Assembly: GCA_020635255.1 (NCBI GenBank)
Contig: JACKAC010000002.1
Location: forward strand, 94,873 to 118,872
Direction: 5' to 3'
DNA: 24,000 bases
DNA from: Ignavibacteriales bacterium
GTDB taxonomy: Bacteria; Bacteroidota; Ignavibacteria; Tepidaquicellales; Tepidaquicellaceae
Shown here: piece by piece, positions 7,298 through 15,701 of the stretch
Numbering within the stretch: the stretch's first letter is position 1
How the letters are laid out: every line of letters starts with the position of its first letter
Program-made: the position numbers and the translations under genes
Notes under the pieces: generated by a model
Database searches by the model: none
The model's input: only the letters and a program-made list of their open reading frames with translations
Told to the model about the DNA's origin: nothing

Positions 7298-8959
7298 ATG
7301 AGCAAAACTATTTTACTGCTTTTGTTCCTATCTATATTTTCAGTAAAAACATATTCACAAGACCACCCACAGATAGGAAAATTCGAGGAGACAGTAAACG
7401 AAAACGGAATAATAAAGAAACGCACGGTGATCAATGCCGAGCGGAACGAAGGTTACCAGTATCCCCAGGAGTACAACCAGATCCCGTTTATACTGGATGC
7501 AAACGGGACTAACTTAAGATGGAACACCGGTGACGCAACGGCTATATCAAACCATTGTGAAGTAAGCCGGAATGGTAACAGGACGATCAACTCGTGGGAC
7601 CTAAATAATAAGCGAATATCACTATACGGTAATGCCAATAGCACACCAGCCTGGGAATATTTTGTAAGTACTCAAACGAGCCAGAACAATATTGCAATAT
7701 CCGATACAGGCGGAGTAATTGCGACAGGGTCATATCATAGTATTTTATTGTTCAACAGTTCTAGTAATACTCCATTTTTTAATTATGACCTCACAACATT
7801 ACCAGATACCGGGATAGCCGGACCGGTCGATATAACAAGTAACGGAAATTTTTTGATTGCATGTGCATCAAGGTCGGATTCGAGCACAATATTCGGTTTC
7901 AACAGCGGTTCGACAACCCCGGTATGGAGCTTTAAAGTAGTGCCGACAGTCAGCACGGGCTTAATACAGGGTATCAGGATATCGGCAAATGATTCGGTAG
8001 TTATAGTGAATACATACGGAGAATTTCTTGTATTCAGAACATACACCGGACAGCTTCTGGATAGGGGGCTAATAAATCCTCTTTCGACATCGGGAACTCA
8101 AAGCCGCCAGGGAATCAGCGGAGACGGAAGTATAATTGCAACGATCAATTACAGGGGATATGTAAGAGTATTTCAATGGAATGGAAGCTCATATGTATTC
8201 CAGTGGGAACACCAGGAGGCGCCCGGGTCATTTTATAACTGGATGTATGCGGTCGACATAACCGACAATGGAGATTTTATCGCCGTAGGTACATTGAATT
8301 TCATAACAGCTTCCTCATACGACGGAAAGGTAAAAGTCTTTTCTTCGGGAAGCTCAACACCGATATGGACGTTTTCAGGTGCAGGTGATGAGATTAGCAA
8401 CGTATCCTTTTCAAAGAGTGGTAATATATTAAGTGCATCATCATATGGACCGATCAGCAACTCAACAGAGGATCTTTTTATATTTAAGACATTTGCCGGG
8501 AATGCACCATTGTATGCGCTCAATACTCCGGGTTCATTATACTGGACGAGCACATCAGGTGATGGAAGAACTGTGATAGCCGGCGGGAAGGCAATTCACG
8601 CGAGGACATTCGGAAACGGCGGAACGCTCTATAATATAGAGGTTGATACCAATGATATTCCGGTGGGAATAGTGAATAACTCCGGAAACACACCGGAAAG
8701 CTACGCGCTCTATCAAAATTATCCAAATCCGTTCAATCCTTCTACGCAGATAAGATTCGACATAGCTAAAGCGTCGGGTGTGAAATTAACGATCTATAAC
8801 CAATTAGGTCAGCAGGTTACGTTACTTGTCAACGGAGAATTACAAGCAGGCTCATATAGTTATAATTTTGATGCGAGCGCCTATTCAAGCGGGGTATATT
8901 TTTACAAACTCGAAACGGAAGGCTTTTCACAAACAAGGAAAATGTTACTAATAAAATAA
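7298..8959 (+). CDS. T9SS-sorted secreted multi-blade beta-propeller protein
   Basis: The ATG at 7298 is preferred over the track's TTG at 7256. It gives a signal peptide MSKTILLLLFLSIFSVKTYSQ. Blade-like units repeat (ISDTGGVIATGS.., ITSNGNFLIACAS.., ISANDSVVIV.., ISGDGSIIAT.., ITDNGDFIAVGT.., FSKSGNILSA.., TSGDGRTVIAGG..). The C-terminal 88 aa (8693..8956) form a T9SS sorting domain (YQNYPNPFNPSTQIRF...GVYFYKL...KMLLIK). Confidence 0.8.
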   Translation: MSKTILLLLFLSIFSVKTYSQDHPQIGKFEETVNENGIIKKRTVINAERNEGYQYPQEYNQIPFILDANGTNLRWNTGDATAISNHCEVSRNGNRTINSWDLNNKRISLYGNANSTPAWEYFVSTQTSQNNIAISDTGGVIATGSYHSILLFNSSSNTPFFNYDLTTLPDTGIAGPVDITSNGNFLIACASRSDSSTIFGFNSGSTTPVWSFKVVPTVSTGLIQGIRISANDSVVIVNTYGEFLVFRTYTGQLLDRGLINPLSTSGTQSRQGISGDGSIIATINYRGYVRVFQWNGSSYVFQWEHQEAPGSFYNWMYAVDITDNGDFIAVGTLNFITASSYDGKVKVFSSGSSTPIWTFSGAGDEISNVSFSKSGNILSASSYGPISNSTEDLFIFKTFAGNAPLYALNTPGSLYWTSTSGDGRTVIAGGKAIHARTFGNGGTLYNIEVDTNDIPVGIVNNSGNTPESYALYQNYPNPFNPSTQIRFDIAKASGVKLTIYNQLGQQVTLLVNGELQAGSYSYNFDASAYSSGVYFYKLETEGFSQTRKMLLIK

Positions 8960-8994
8960 CCTTTAAAAATTTTCATTAAGTAAATTTAACTGCC

Positions 8995-9588
8995 ATGGAG
9001 ACACAAACCACCGGGAAGCTATTAATGTACAACAAGGAGGATAACGAACTATTACAGGAGCAGGAGTATAAGCTGATCGCCGGAAACGGCAACTGGTACG
9101 TATCCGAGGAAGGGAAGTTTATTAACAGACCCGATGTAAGAGCAAAATGTGAGTTTAACCTGACGCCATTGGGTTATTCGGGTGTAAGGATTCAGTTGAG
9201 TTCTCCTCAAAAGAACGTGACATATGAAATTACCGGGTCAAACGGAAAAAGTTACACGTATTTTTTCAGAGAGGAAGATGATATGCAATCGGGCGAGGTG
9301 GATATAGACGAGAAGATATTCGACGGACCAAACCCAATGTTCGATTACTTTAACGCACTATTAATGGTTGGATTGGCGGAAGGTGAATCGGCTGTTAAAA
9401 AAGTGTACGCTATCAATTGGGATACGGGCAAGCTGATACCATGTGAATACAAATTTACAAGGAATGGCAATGTGATAGAAATAGAGAAGCCGGAATTTTT
9501 AGGCAATGCAAAGATCACATTATCGGAAAAAGATTTTGGTCTGCTGGAGTATGAGGGACCGGGCGAGATATACAAGTTCGCCACCTAA
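8995..9588 (+). CDS. Hypothetical protein with no signal peptide and no family recognised
   Basis: 197-aa ORF starting 35 nt after the T9SS cargo gene. It is followed by a strong terminator at 9617..9648, so it is probably co-transcribed with the cargo gene. It has non-repetitive, normal composition. I cannot assign a family by eye. Confidence 0.5.
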   Translation: METQTTGKLLMYNKEDNELLQEQEYKLIAGNGNWYVSEEGKFINRPDVRAKCEFNLTPLGYSGVRIQLSSPQKNVTYEITGSNGKSYTYFFREEDDMQSGEVDIDEKIFDGPNPMFDYFNALLMVGLAEGESAVKKVYAINWDTGKLIPCEYKFTRNGNVIEIEKPEFLGNAKITLSEKDFGLLEYEGPGEIYKFAT

Positions 9589-9616
9589 AAAATTATTTGA
9601 GTTAAAGAATATTTCA

Positions 9617-9648
9617 GGCTCTACCGGTTTCGGCAGAGCCTTTTTTTT
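9617..9648 (+). terminator. Rho-independent terminator
   Basis: GGCTCTaCCG-GTTT-CGGcAGAGCC stem-loop (9617..9640) followed by eight T (9641..9648), 29 nt after the stop of 8995..9588. Confidence 0.7.
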
Positions 9649-9681
9649 ATGTTAATTCCATTATGGAACCTATAACATTCT

Positions 9682-10404
9682 CTAGTAAACAAAGATAATG
9701 CTGAATGCAAGAATTATTACAACCACTATAAAAAATCCTGAAGAGGTCGTGATTATAGTAAGTAGAATGCCTTTTATCCCTTTCAACTGAGCAAGCTGAT
9801 AATAGGAGTAAAGGAGATATAGGGCAATAATAATAGTTCTCAAAGACCAAAGTAGAGGATCTATAAAAATCAAAAGCATAAATAATATACCAATTACAAG
9901 TGTTGCTGCAAAAAAGTATAATGAAATCACGAATGATTCGGCAATGTTAATTCCTGTTCTCTTTCCGTTGAACAAATAGAAAGTCAGCGAATATACCGCA
10001 GGCATGATAAAACTAAAATAGTTCATGTTCTGCTTTACAATGTTATTCAGCTCATTATGTTTTACATCCGTATTATCAGGGGGAAGGATAACATCACTGA
10101 AATTATGAAATAGTACCAGGTATATACCAAGGATAAACAAATAAAAGGTGATGGGTTTTGTATAAGAGACCCGTTTACCCGACAAAAACTCTTTTGAAAA
10201 TTTACCCGGTGAAATTATAAGCTGTAAAAGGGTCTTAAGATGTTTTGACTTAATATTGAACTTTTCCTTTGCAAGATCTTTTGAAATCGTTGAAACACCA
10301 TACCGTCCGGTATTTGTTTCCTGACCGCAATTTGAGCAGTAATTTCCGGTTACGGGACTACCGCAATTAAGACATTTATCAGTTGTGGTCCAGTTATCGG
10401 ACAT
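9682..10404 (-). CDS. Zinc-ribbon membrane protein (DUF3667-like)
   Basis: N-terminal C-x2-C...C-x2-C ribbon (CLNCGSPVTGNYCSNCGQET), then 'PGKFSKEFLSGKRVSYTKP' and about five hydrophobic helices. Its start overlaps the upstream GT2 stop (TAATG at 10404), implying translational coupling. Confidence 0.7.
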   Translation of the reverse strand: MSDNWTTTDKCLNCGSPVTGNYCSNCGQETNTGRYGVSTISKDLAKEKFNIKSKHLKTLLQLIISPGKFSKEFLSGKRVSYTKPITFYLFILGIYLVLFHNFSDVILPPDNTDVKHNELNNIVKQNMNYFSFIMPAVYSLTFYLFNGKRTGINIAESFVISLYFFAATLVIGILFMLLIFIDPLLWSLRTIIIALYLLYSYYQLAQLKGIKGILLTIITTSSGFFIVVVIILAFSIIFVY

Positions 10405-11588
10405 TATACTTTGTTAGATTTCAATTCCTTTAAGTTGTAAAAAGTACCGCGCCAATCGACACCACCTTTGATCACGCTCAGGAAAACCGATCTTATCATG
10501 AGGTAAGCGATAATAGAACACGCAACGGGGTAAGTGAGAAAGTAAAAAATACTTATTCCGTTTGTTTTTGTTAAGAGCAGGTATATAAGGAAGATTATTA
10601 CAAGTATTGCTCCATCTATAATTAAACCGATACCGCTAAGAAAAAAAAGGCTTATATAGGGTAGGGTTGATAATACAACGAGCATAAAAATAGAAGGAAC
10701 TGCATTAAGCAGGCTGTAATTAAAGCCAGAGAATGTATTCTTATAGAATGCACGGATCATTTCGCCCACAGTGTTATACCATTCGATAGATAATTGTTCG
10801 GGAGCATAAACAAAGTTAGAACGATAGCCGGATTTTTTAACAAGCTTCCCAAGCATAATGTCATCATCCGGACGCATCCTCAGTGTTTCAAATCCGCCTG
10901 TCTTTTTATATGCGTCTGCTGTGATCATATTGAATGAGCCTATCCCGATGAAGTATTTGCTTTTGGAGTTAGATACTTTCCACGGTTTAAATTTTACCAT
11001 GAAAAGGAATTCAAAAATACTTATAACTGCAGTCAGCAGGATCTTTTTAAAAACGTGTGACGGCGCCATTGCAAGGTGATCAGTGTTGTTTTGTTTTATG
11101 TATTCCAATACACGGTTCAGCGTATCCGGTTTAAAAACTACATCTGCATCTGTAAAGATGAAATACTCACCGGAAGCATTTTTTGCCCCGTAATCGAGTG
11201 CATAGTTCTTTCCGAGCCATCCGGGAGGAAGTGAAGTGACATGAACGACTTTCAGATCGGGATTTGATGCTGATAACCCGTCCAGTATCTTTCCGGTATT
11301 ATCATTAGATCTATCGTTAATTGCGATTACTTCATATCGAGGATAATCCAGAGCAAGGACGGACGAAAGGGCTTCTTTTATTTTCTTTTCCTCATTTCTA
11401 GCGGGGATGATGAAAGAGATATAGGGTGGAGCGTTAGTCTTGATTGGTGGAAAGTCTTTCAGGTTTTTAATCGATCTGCTACCGAAATAATATTCTATAT
11501 AGGTCAGCAAATAAAAAAAGAAAAGAATAAAGATAATGATATTGAGAGGATCACTAATGAAGGAATCAAAGAGGTGATTAAAAACCAA
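10404..11588 (-). CDS. Membrane-embedded family-2 glycosyltransferase
   Basis: N-terminal TM helix, then a GT2 core (ISFIIPARNEEKKI...LDYPRYEVIAINDRSNDNTGKIL; DxD-like FTDADV; LRMRPDDD), then about four C-terminal TM helices. No in-frame ATG lies before the catalytic domain, so a TTG start at 11588 is assumed. Confidence 0.8.
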   Translation of the reverse strand: MVFNHLFDSFISDPLNIIIFILFFFYLLTYIEYYFGSRSIKNLKDFPPIKTNAPPYISFIIPARNEEKKIKEALSSVLALDYPRYEVIAINDRSNDNTGKILDGLSASNPDLKVVHVTSLPPGWLGKNYALDYGAKNASGEYFIFTDADVVFKPDTLNRVLEYIKQNNTDHLAMAPSHVFKKILLTAVISIFEFLFMVKFKPWKVSNSKSKYFIGIGSFNMITADAYKKTGGFETLRMRPDDDIMLGKLVKKSGYRSNFVYAPEQLSIEWYNTVGEMIRAFYKNTFSGFNYSLLNAVPSIFMLVVLSTLPYISLFFLSGIGLIIDGAILVIIFLIYLLLTKTNGISIFYFLTYPVACSIIAYLMIRSVFLSVIKGGVDWRGTFYNLKELKSNKV

Positions 11589-11603
11589 AGTTACGGATTA
11601 ATG

Positions 11604-11999
11604 TTACACGGTTACGGGTATACACAGATAAAAACGTCCGATCTCAATGTCGAATGAATCACCGTCATCATCCTGCATGCTATAAGAGCCTTCCATGGTA
11701 CCCCAGCTCGTATCGAGAGGGCAGTAGCTTTCATATTCAAAATCGTCACCGGGTTCAAGATAAGGAGTTTTCCCGATAACCCCGGGACCATCTACGACCT
11801 CTGTATCTCCCTCGGAATTAATTATCTCCCAATGTCGTGAAACAAGGGTTACTGCCTTATCGGAATTATTTGTAATAATTATCCTGTATTTAAAATAATA
11901 GAGGTTATTATCTGTGTCAGAATGCTCCTGTACATATTCAGGGAAAACCTGAACTCTTATGCCATTAGTAGTGGTATCCGAATTAATATTTGTAGTCAT
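11604..11999 (-). CDS. apaG: ApaG (DUF525) protein
   Basis: 131 aa with the characteristic ApaG pattern: IRVQVFPEYVQEHSD...YYFKYRIIITNNSDKAVTLVSRHWEIINSEGDTEVVDGPGVIGKTPYLEPGDDFEYESYCPL.T.WGTMEGSY. Confidence 0.85.
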   Translation of the reverse strand: MTTNINSDTTTNGIRVQVFPEYVQEHSDTDNNLYYFKYRIIITNNSDKAVTLVSRHWEIINSEGDTEVVDGPGVIGKTPYLEPGDDFEYESYCPLDTSWGTMEGSYSMQDDDGDSFDIEIGRFYLCIPVTV

Positions 12000-12038
12000 G
12001 AACCAATTTTTTTTACTTATCGGAATATATAAATTATT

Positions 12039-12428
12039 TTAATAAACATCGTCATATCTCTCAATCATAAGAATAGAGTGCTGAGAGACTATATAATACT
12101 TTTCATCCTGATAAAGAACTTCGACCGCGCCTTTTTGAAGGTAAATGGCAAGGTCGCCTTCTTTTGCCTGCAATGGGATATATTTAACTGCTTCATCACT
12201 TCCCTTCCAATCTTCATCAAGACCTTCAGCCGGAAGGGGTATTGGATAGCCCGGTCCCACTTTCATCACGAACCCGCTCCTTACTTCTTCCTTCTCCTGT
12301 ACATTGAGAGGAAGATAAAGACCGGTTTTGGTTTTTTCGTCGGCAGTCTTTGGTTTTATTAAAACCCTGTCACCGACAATTATGAGGTTCTTTAATTTTT
12401 CAGCTTCAGAAGTATGCGTATCCATCAA
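12039..12428 (-). CDS. Atypical long GroES/Cpn10-fold family protein
   Basis: 129 aa. 'VGDRVLIKPKTADEKTKTGLYLP' and 'G.V..VGPG' match the GroES N-terminal strand and mobile-loop layout, but with an N-terminal extension and an internal insertion. No groEL is adjacent. Confidence 0.6.
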   Translation of the reverse strand: MMDTHTSEAEKLKNLIIVGDRVLIKPKTADEKTKTGLYLPLNVQEKEEVRSGFVMKVGPGYPIPLPAEGLDEDWKGSDEAVKYIPLQAKEGDLAIYLQKGAVEVLYQDEKYYIVSQHSILMIERYDDVY

Positions 12429-12452
12429 TCCCCTTTACAATAAAATATAACT

Positions 12453-13445
12453 TTAATAGTAATTCTCAATATAAAATTTTTCCGTAAAGTATTTTTTCTT
12501 CCAATCAGGATCAACTTTGTCAAGTAATAATCCTTCCCCTGCACCTATGGAGTAGAATATAACTCTTTCGTATTCACTTAACTTGGCTTCTCTCAAAGTT
12601 TTCTGCAATTCTTTAAATGCGTATATTATCACATTGTTTACATCCTGATAATCTGAGAGATGCTGAAATGCTTTTGTTGGTGTATATCCTTCATTTAGCA
12701 TTTCCATAACCTGCATTTCTGTATACCGAGCAATACCTTCCTGCCATAGCTGAAATGAGAAGTAGCGGTAATTTTCCTCGCCAAATATCTCTTTGAGCTT
12801 CGATCTTTCTTTTAAATATTCATTAAGCTTATCTTCATTATAATCTGCAATTAAATCTGCCAGTAGAGCATTTGTTACCGCGAGTTGCTGTTCTGCTTCA
12901 GCGGAATTATATGGAAAAGGGAAGTTTATCATCCACATACCCGACTCATCACCTTTTGCAAGATCGAGAGATGCGACTGATGTGTAGTAATCAGGATCAG
13001 ACATTTGCATCTGGTGGAAGTGCTCATGTAGTAATGTTATTGTCCAACCGACAGAGTTTAAGCCGGTGTTTTCCGGGAGTCCGATCACAATAGTAGGAAT
13101 TCCGTCAATTGCTGGAAAAGTGGCTAAGAGTTTCTTATCGAATGTTCTATTACGGTAATAGACTTCCTGCTTGAGAATATCGTCATAACCCAAAGAAACG
13201 AAATCATCGGTCAAAGGAGTATGCCCTAAGAGATACTCATAATTATCATCCACTAACAGAATGACGAAGGGTGTTTTTGACCATCCCTGCCAGATGCTAT
13301 CAGCGGATTTTTCCGCTATCCTGTATGCCTCGACTATGCGGACTTTATCATCGAACCGGATAGCAGGTTTATCCTGCGCTTGGGCAAGATATGGTAAAAA
13401 CAAAATTAGTATAAATAACAGGTTTTTCAATTTAAGTGTATTCAT
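12453..13445 (-). CDS. Secreted HExxH-motif protein (putative zinc metallopeptidase)
   Basis: Signal peptide MNTLKLKNLLFILILFLPYLAQAQ. An HEHFH motif sits at residues 140-144 (nt 13014..13028; reverse complement CATGAGCACTTCCAC). A downstream 'WQEGIARYTE' could supply a third, gluzincin-like ligand. I did not recognise the family. Confidence 0.55.
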   Translation of the reverse strand: MNTLKLKNLLFILILFLPYLAQAQDKPAIRFDDKVRIVEAYRIAEKSADSIWQGWSKTPFVILLVDDNYEYLLGHTPLTDDFVSLGYDDILKQEVYYRNRTFDKKLLATFPAIDGIPTIVIGLPENTGLNSVGWTITLLHEHFHQMQMSDPDYYTSVASLDLAKGDESGMWMINFPFPYNSAEAEQQLAVTNALLADLIADYNEDKLNEYLKERSKLKEIFGEENYRYFSFQLWQEGIARYTEMQVMEMLNEGYTPTKAFQHLSDYQDVNNVIIYAFKELQKTLREAKLSEYERVIFYSIGAGEGLLLDKVDPDWKKKYFTEKFYIENYY

Positions 13446-13515
13446 GTTTCTAGATTATTAAATTTAAATAATCTAAAATTAGTTTCGCACACGAAATAAT
13501 TCTTATCAAATGTTG

Positions 13516-14370
13516 CTAATAATTAAGGGATAAATTCCTGTATTCGCGAGGGGATAATCCGGTATGTTTTTTAAATAATAAAGAAAACGAGGAAGGGCTT
13601 TCAAATCCGGTATCGTAGCAAATGTTTGTTATGCTTTTCTTTTCGGTCCTCAGCATTTCGCAGGCGTGTATCATTCTCTGTCTAAGTAGGAATTCATATG
13701 GAGTAAGCTGATAAAGTTCTTTAAACAATTTGATAAGATAATATTTGGATAATCCAGCTTGCTTGGAGATATCATCGAGATTTAATTTTTCATCATAGTA
13801 TGTACGGATAAAATCTTTTGCTCTATTTAGTTTGCGGTAAGTTTCCAACCTGGTTGATTTCTTTTGGTGGCTCAGGTTCTCTAATTCGTTTTCAATTTTA
13901 CTCCCCAACGAATTTAAATGTATTAGTACTTCGAAAAACTTTTCTTCTCCCCACTGGAAATCCGAGGAAATCCTCTTTATGCCAGTACTCATTTCACGGA
14001 TCAGGGAATGGAAACTCCAGTCAGCCGGGAATATTTTTTCCGAGATGCTTTCCGAAAGGGTATCGCTTACAAAATCTTTTTTAAATAACAGCAATACAGG
14101 TCCGCGATCGGTACCGTTTATTTTGGAAATAGAAAATTTTTCATTTTTATTTAAAATAAGAAAGGATCCATTTCTCAACCTAGTTTCTCGATCGTTTTGG
14201 GAGATCAGGTATCCCCCTCTATGGGCGTAGATCAATGTCTGAGGCAGGAATGTCTCACCGACAGTAAATCCAAATACATCATTACCTGTGTTCAATGTGA
14301 TGTATGCAGGTTTATCAGCGATTCTATTTAGAAGTAATAGGAGATTAGGCTTAAAATGGGAATCTTGCAT
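13516..14370 (-). CDS. AraC/XylS family transcriptional regulator
   Basis: C-terminal double HTH (LDDISKQAGLSKYYLIKLFKELYQLTPYEFLLRQRMIHACEMLR...ITNICYDTGFESPSSFSLLFKKHTGLSPREYR) with an N-terminal sensor-like domain. Divergent from 14562..15260. Confidence 0.8.
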   Translation of the reverse strand: MQDSHFKPNLLLLLNRIADKPAYITLNTGNDVFGFTVGETFLPQTLIYAHRGGYLISQNDRETRLRNGSFLILNKNEKFSISKINGTDRGPVLLLFKKDFVSDTLSESISEKIFPADWSFHSLIREMSTGIKRISSDFQWGEEKFFEVLIHLNSLGSKIENELENLSHQKKSTRLETYRKLNRAKDFIRTYYDEKLNLDDISKQAGLSKYYLIKLFKELYQLTPYEFLLRQRMIHACEMLRTEKKSITNICYDTGFESPSSFSLLFKKHTGLSPREYRNLSLNY

Positions 14371-14550
14371 TAAAAAATGAAATATTACTTAAAATATATT
14401 ACATTTGATGCAAAAAACAGTGAAAAGGTTTAATTTTAGCGCGGAATATGGCTTTTACCCCAAATTGTATTGTTTTTTTTGGTTATTAATAATAAGTTAA
14501 TAATCGTTAGCAATGTGAATTTACTTTTTCGTCAACCATTTAATTAAACA

Positions 14551-14556
14551 AGGAGG
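14551..14556 (+). promoter_or_regulatory. Shine-Dalgarno sequence (AGGAGG) for the GTG-initiated ORF at 14562
   Basis: A perfect AGGAGG lies 5 nt upstream of the GTG at 14562. Almost every other start in this window that I inspected lacks an SD-like purine tract, so this one stands out. Confidence 0.5.
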
Positions 14557-14561
14557 GCTAC

Positions 14562-15260
14562 GTGTTATTACGAGCGCTTATTTTGGGGATTTGTTTTTCT
14601 TTTTTTGGAGGGTTTATTGCTGAAGTCAGCACCGTTCAAGCATCAACAAGCGGTACTGAAAAGGTAGAGCAAAACAGGAAAAAGAAGAAAAAGAAATCTT
14701 CAAAGAAAAAGACTTACAAGAAGAAGTCTAGCAGTAACCTCTCGAGTTTCGGACAGGCATACAGAGAGGCAAGAAAAAAAGGTTTAAAGACATTCAAATA
14801 CAACGGGAAGACTTACACCACAGTGAAGGATACCGATGGCAACAATAAGAATGTCACCAGCAATAAGAAAAGCAACAACAACAAGCGTGAAAGCGCCAGC
14901 TACAAGAACGTAAGTTTTGGCTCTGCTTACAAGGACGCAAAGAGAAAAGGTCTTTCTACTTTTACCTGGAATGGTAAGAAGTACACCACCGGTAAAACAG
15001 TAGGCAACAAAAAAACTTCAAATAAAAATAAGAAGTACACAAAGAGCAAGAAGAACTCTAAAAAGAAATATTCCAAGAAGAGAAAAACTTCTAAAAAGCG
15101 TTATACAACTAAGAAGAAATCTTCGAATAATTCTTATAAGTCCTCAAATAATACCTATACTCCTCCGCCGAGCTATAATAACGATAACTCCGGAAGAGAG
15201 TATAAGAGGGAGAGCAATAATAACAATACTCCTGTAAAGAAAGAACCAAAGAAGGAATAA
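14562..15260 (+). CDS. Secreted polycationic Lys/Asn/Ser-rich low-complexity protein with a duplicated 26-aa motif
   Basis: GTG start with a strong SD. Hydrophobic signal-like N-terminus (MLLRALILGICFSFFGGFIAEVSTVQAS). By my count about 55 of 232 residues are Lys and acidic residues are few. There are two copies of SFGxAY[RK][ED]A[RK][KR]KGLxTFx[YW]NGKxYTT (nt 14745..14822 and 14913..14990). A hairpin terminator follows. Confidence 0.65.
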   Translation: MLLRALILGICFSFFGGFIAEVSTVQASTSGTEKVEQNRKKKKKKSSKKKTYKKKSSSNLSSFGQAYREARKKGLKTFKYNGKTYTTVKDTDGNNKNVTSNKKSNNNKRESASYKNVSFGSAYKDAKRKGLSTFTWNGKKYTTGKTVGNKKTSNKNKKYTKSKKNSKKKYSKKRKTSKKRYTTKKKSSNNSYKSSNNTYTPPPSYNNDNSGREYKRESNNNNTPVKKEPKKE

Positions 15261-15284
15261 ATTTAGGGGAGAATTAAAAGATTT

Positions 15285-15312
15285 AAAACCCGGTTTTTCA
15301 GCCGGGTTTTTT
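15285..15312. terminator. Bidirectional rho-independent terminator
   Basis: AAAA-CCCGG-tttttcag-CCGGG-TTTTTT. The A-run and T-run flank the stem, so it can serve both 14562..15260 (+) and the RidA gene (-), whose stop codon overlaps the T-run. Confidence 0.7.
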
Positions 15313-15700
15313 ATTGGTCTAAAATTGCAGTAGCTTCGATCTCGACAAGCATATCAGGATGAGCAAGCCCGCTAATAACGACCATAGTAGAAGCGGGTTT
15401 GATCTCAGAAAAGAACTCACCATGGGCTTTGGCAACACCATCCCAAGCGCCGATATCCGTAATAAACATGCGTGTTCTTACAACATCATTTATGTTACCG
15501 CCCAGCTCGCAAATAGCAGAGTGTATCTTATTTAAAATAAACATTCCCTGGGTATATGCATCACCCACTCCGACAACTTCACCATTTTCAAAGGAGGTTG
15601 TGCCGGCTACTTCGATGATATTTTCCGCACGAACCGCGCGGGAATACCCGACGGAATCGCCCCATTTTGTTCCAGCAGATACTTTTTTTCTTTCGCTCAT
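15311..15700 (-). CDS. RidA/YjgF/L-PSP family reactive-intermediate deaminase
   Basis: 129 aa with 'GYSRAVRAENIIEVAGTT', 'VVRTRMFITDI' and 'PASTMVVISGLAHPDMLVEIEATA', typical of the YjgF/RidA fold. It starts 1 nt after the upstream gene's stop. Confidence 0.85.
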   Translation of the reverse strand: MSERKKVSAGTKWGDSVGYSRAVRAENIIEVAGTTSFENGEVVGVGDAYTQGMFILNKIHSAICELGGNINDVVRTRMFITDIGAWDGVAKAHGEFFSEIKPASTMVVISGLAHPDMLVEIEATAILDQ

Positions 15701-15701
15701 T

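Noticed and set aside
12039-12428. Calling this the housekeeping groES
   Set aside because: No groEL is adjacent. The protein is about 35 aa longer than GroES, with an N-terminal extension and an internal insertion. It is reported only as a GroES-fold family protein.
14486-14504. Direct repeat TTAATAAT-N3-TTAATAAT (11-bp phase) upstream of the polycationic protein gene; possible AraC site
   Set aside because: Pure A/T octamers are common in this AT-rich spacer. Nothing distinguishes them from background.
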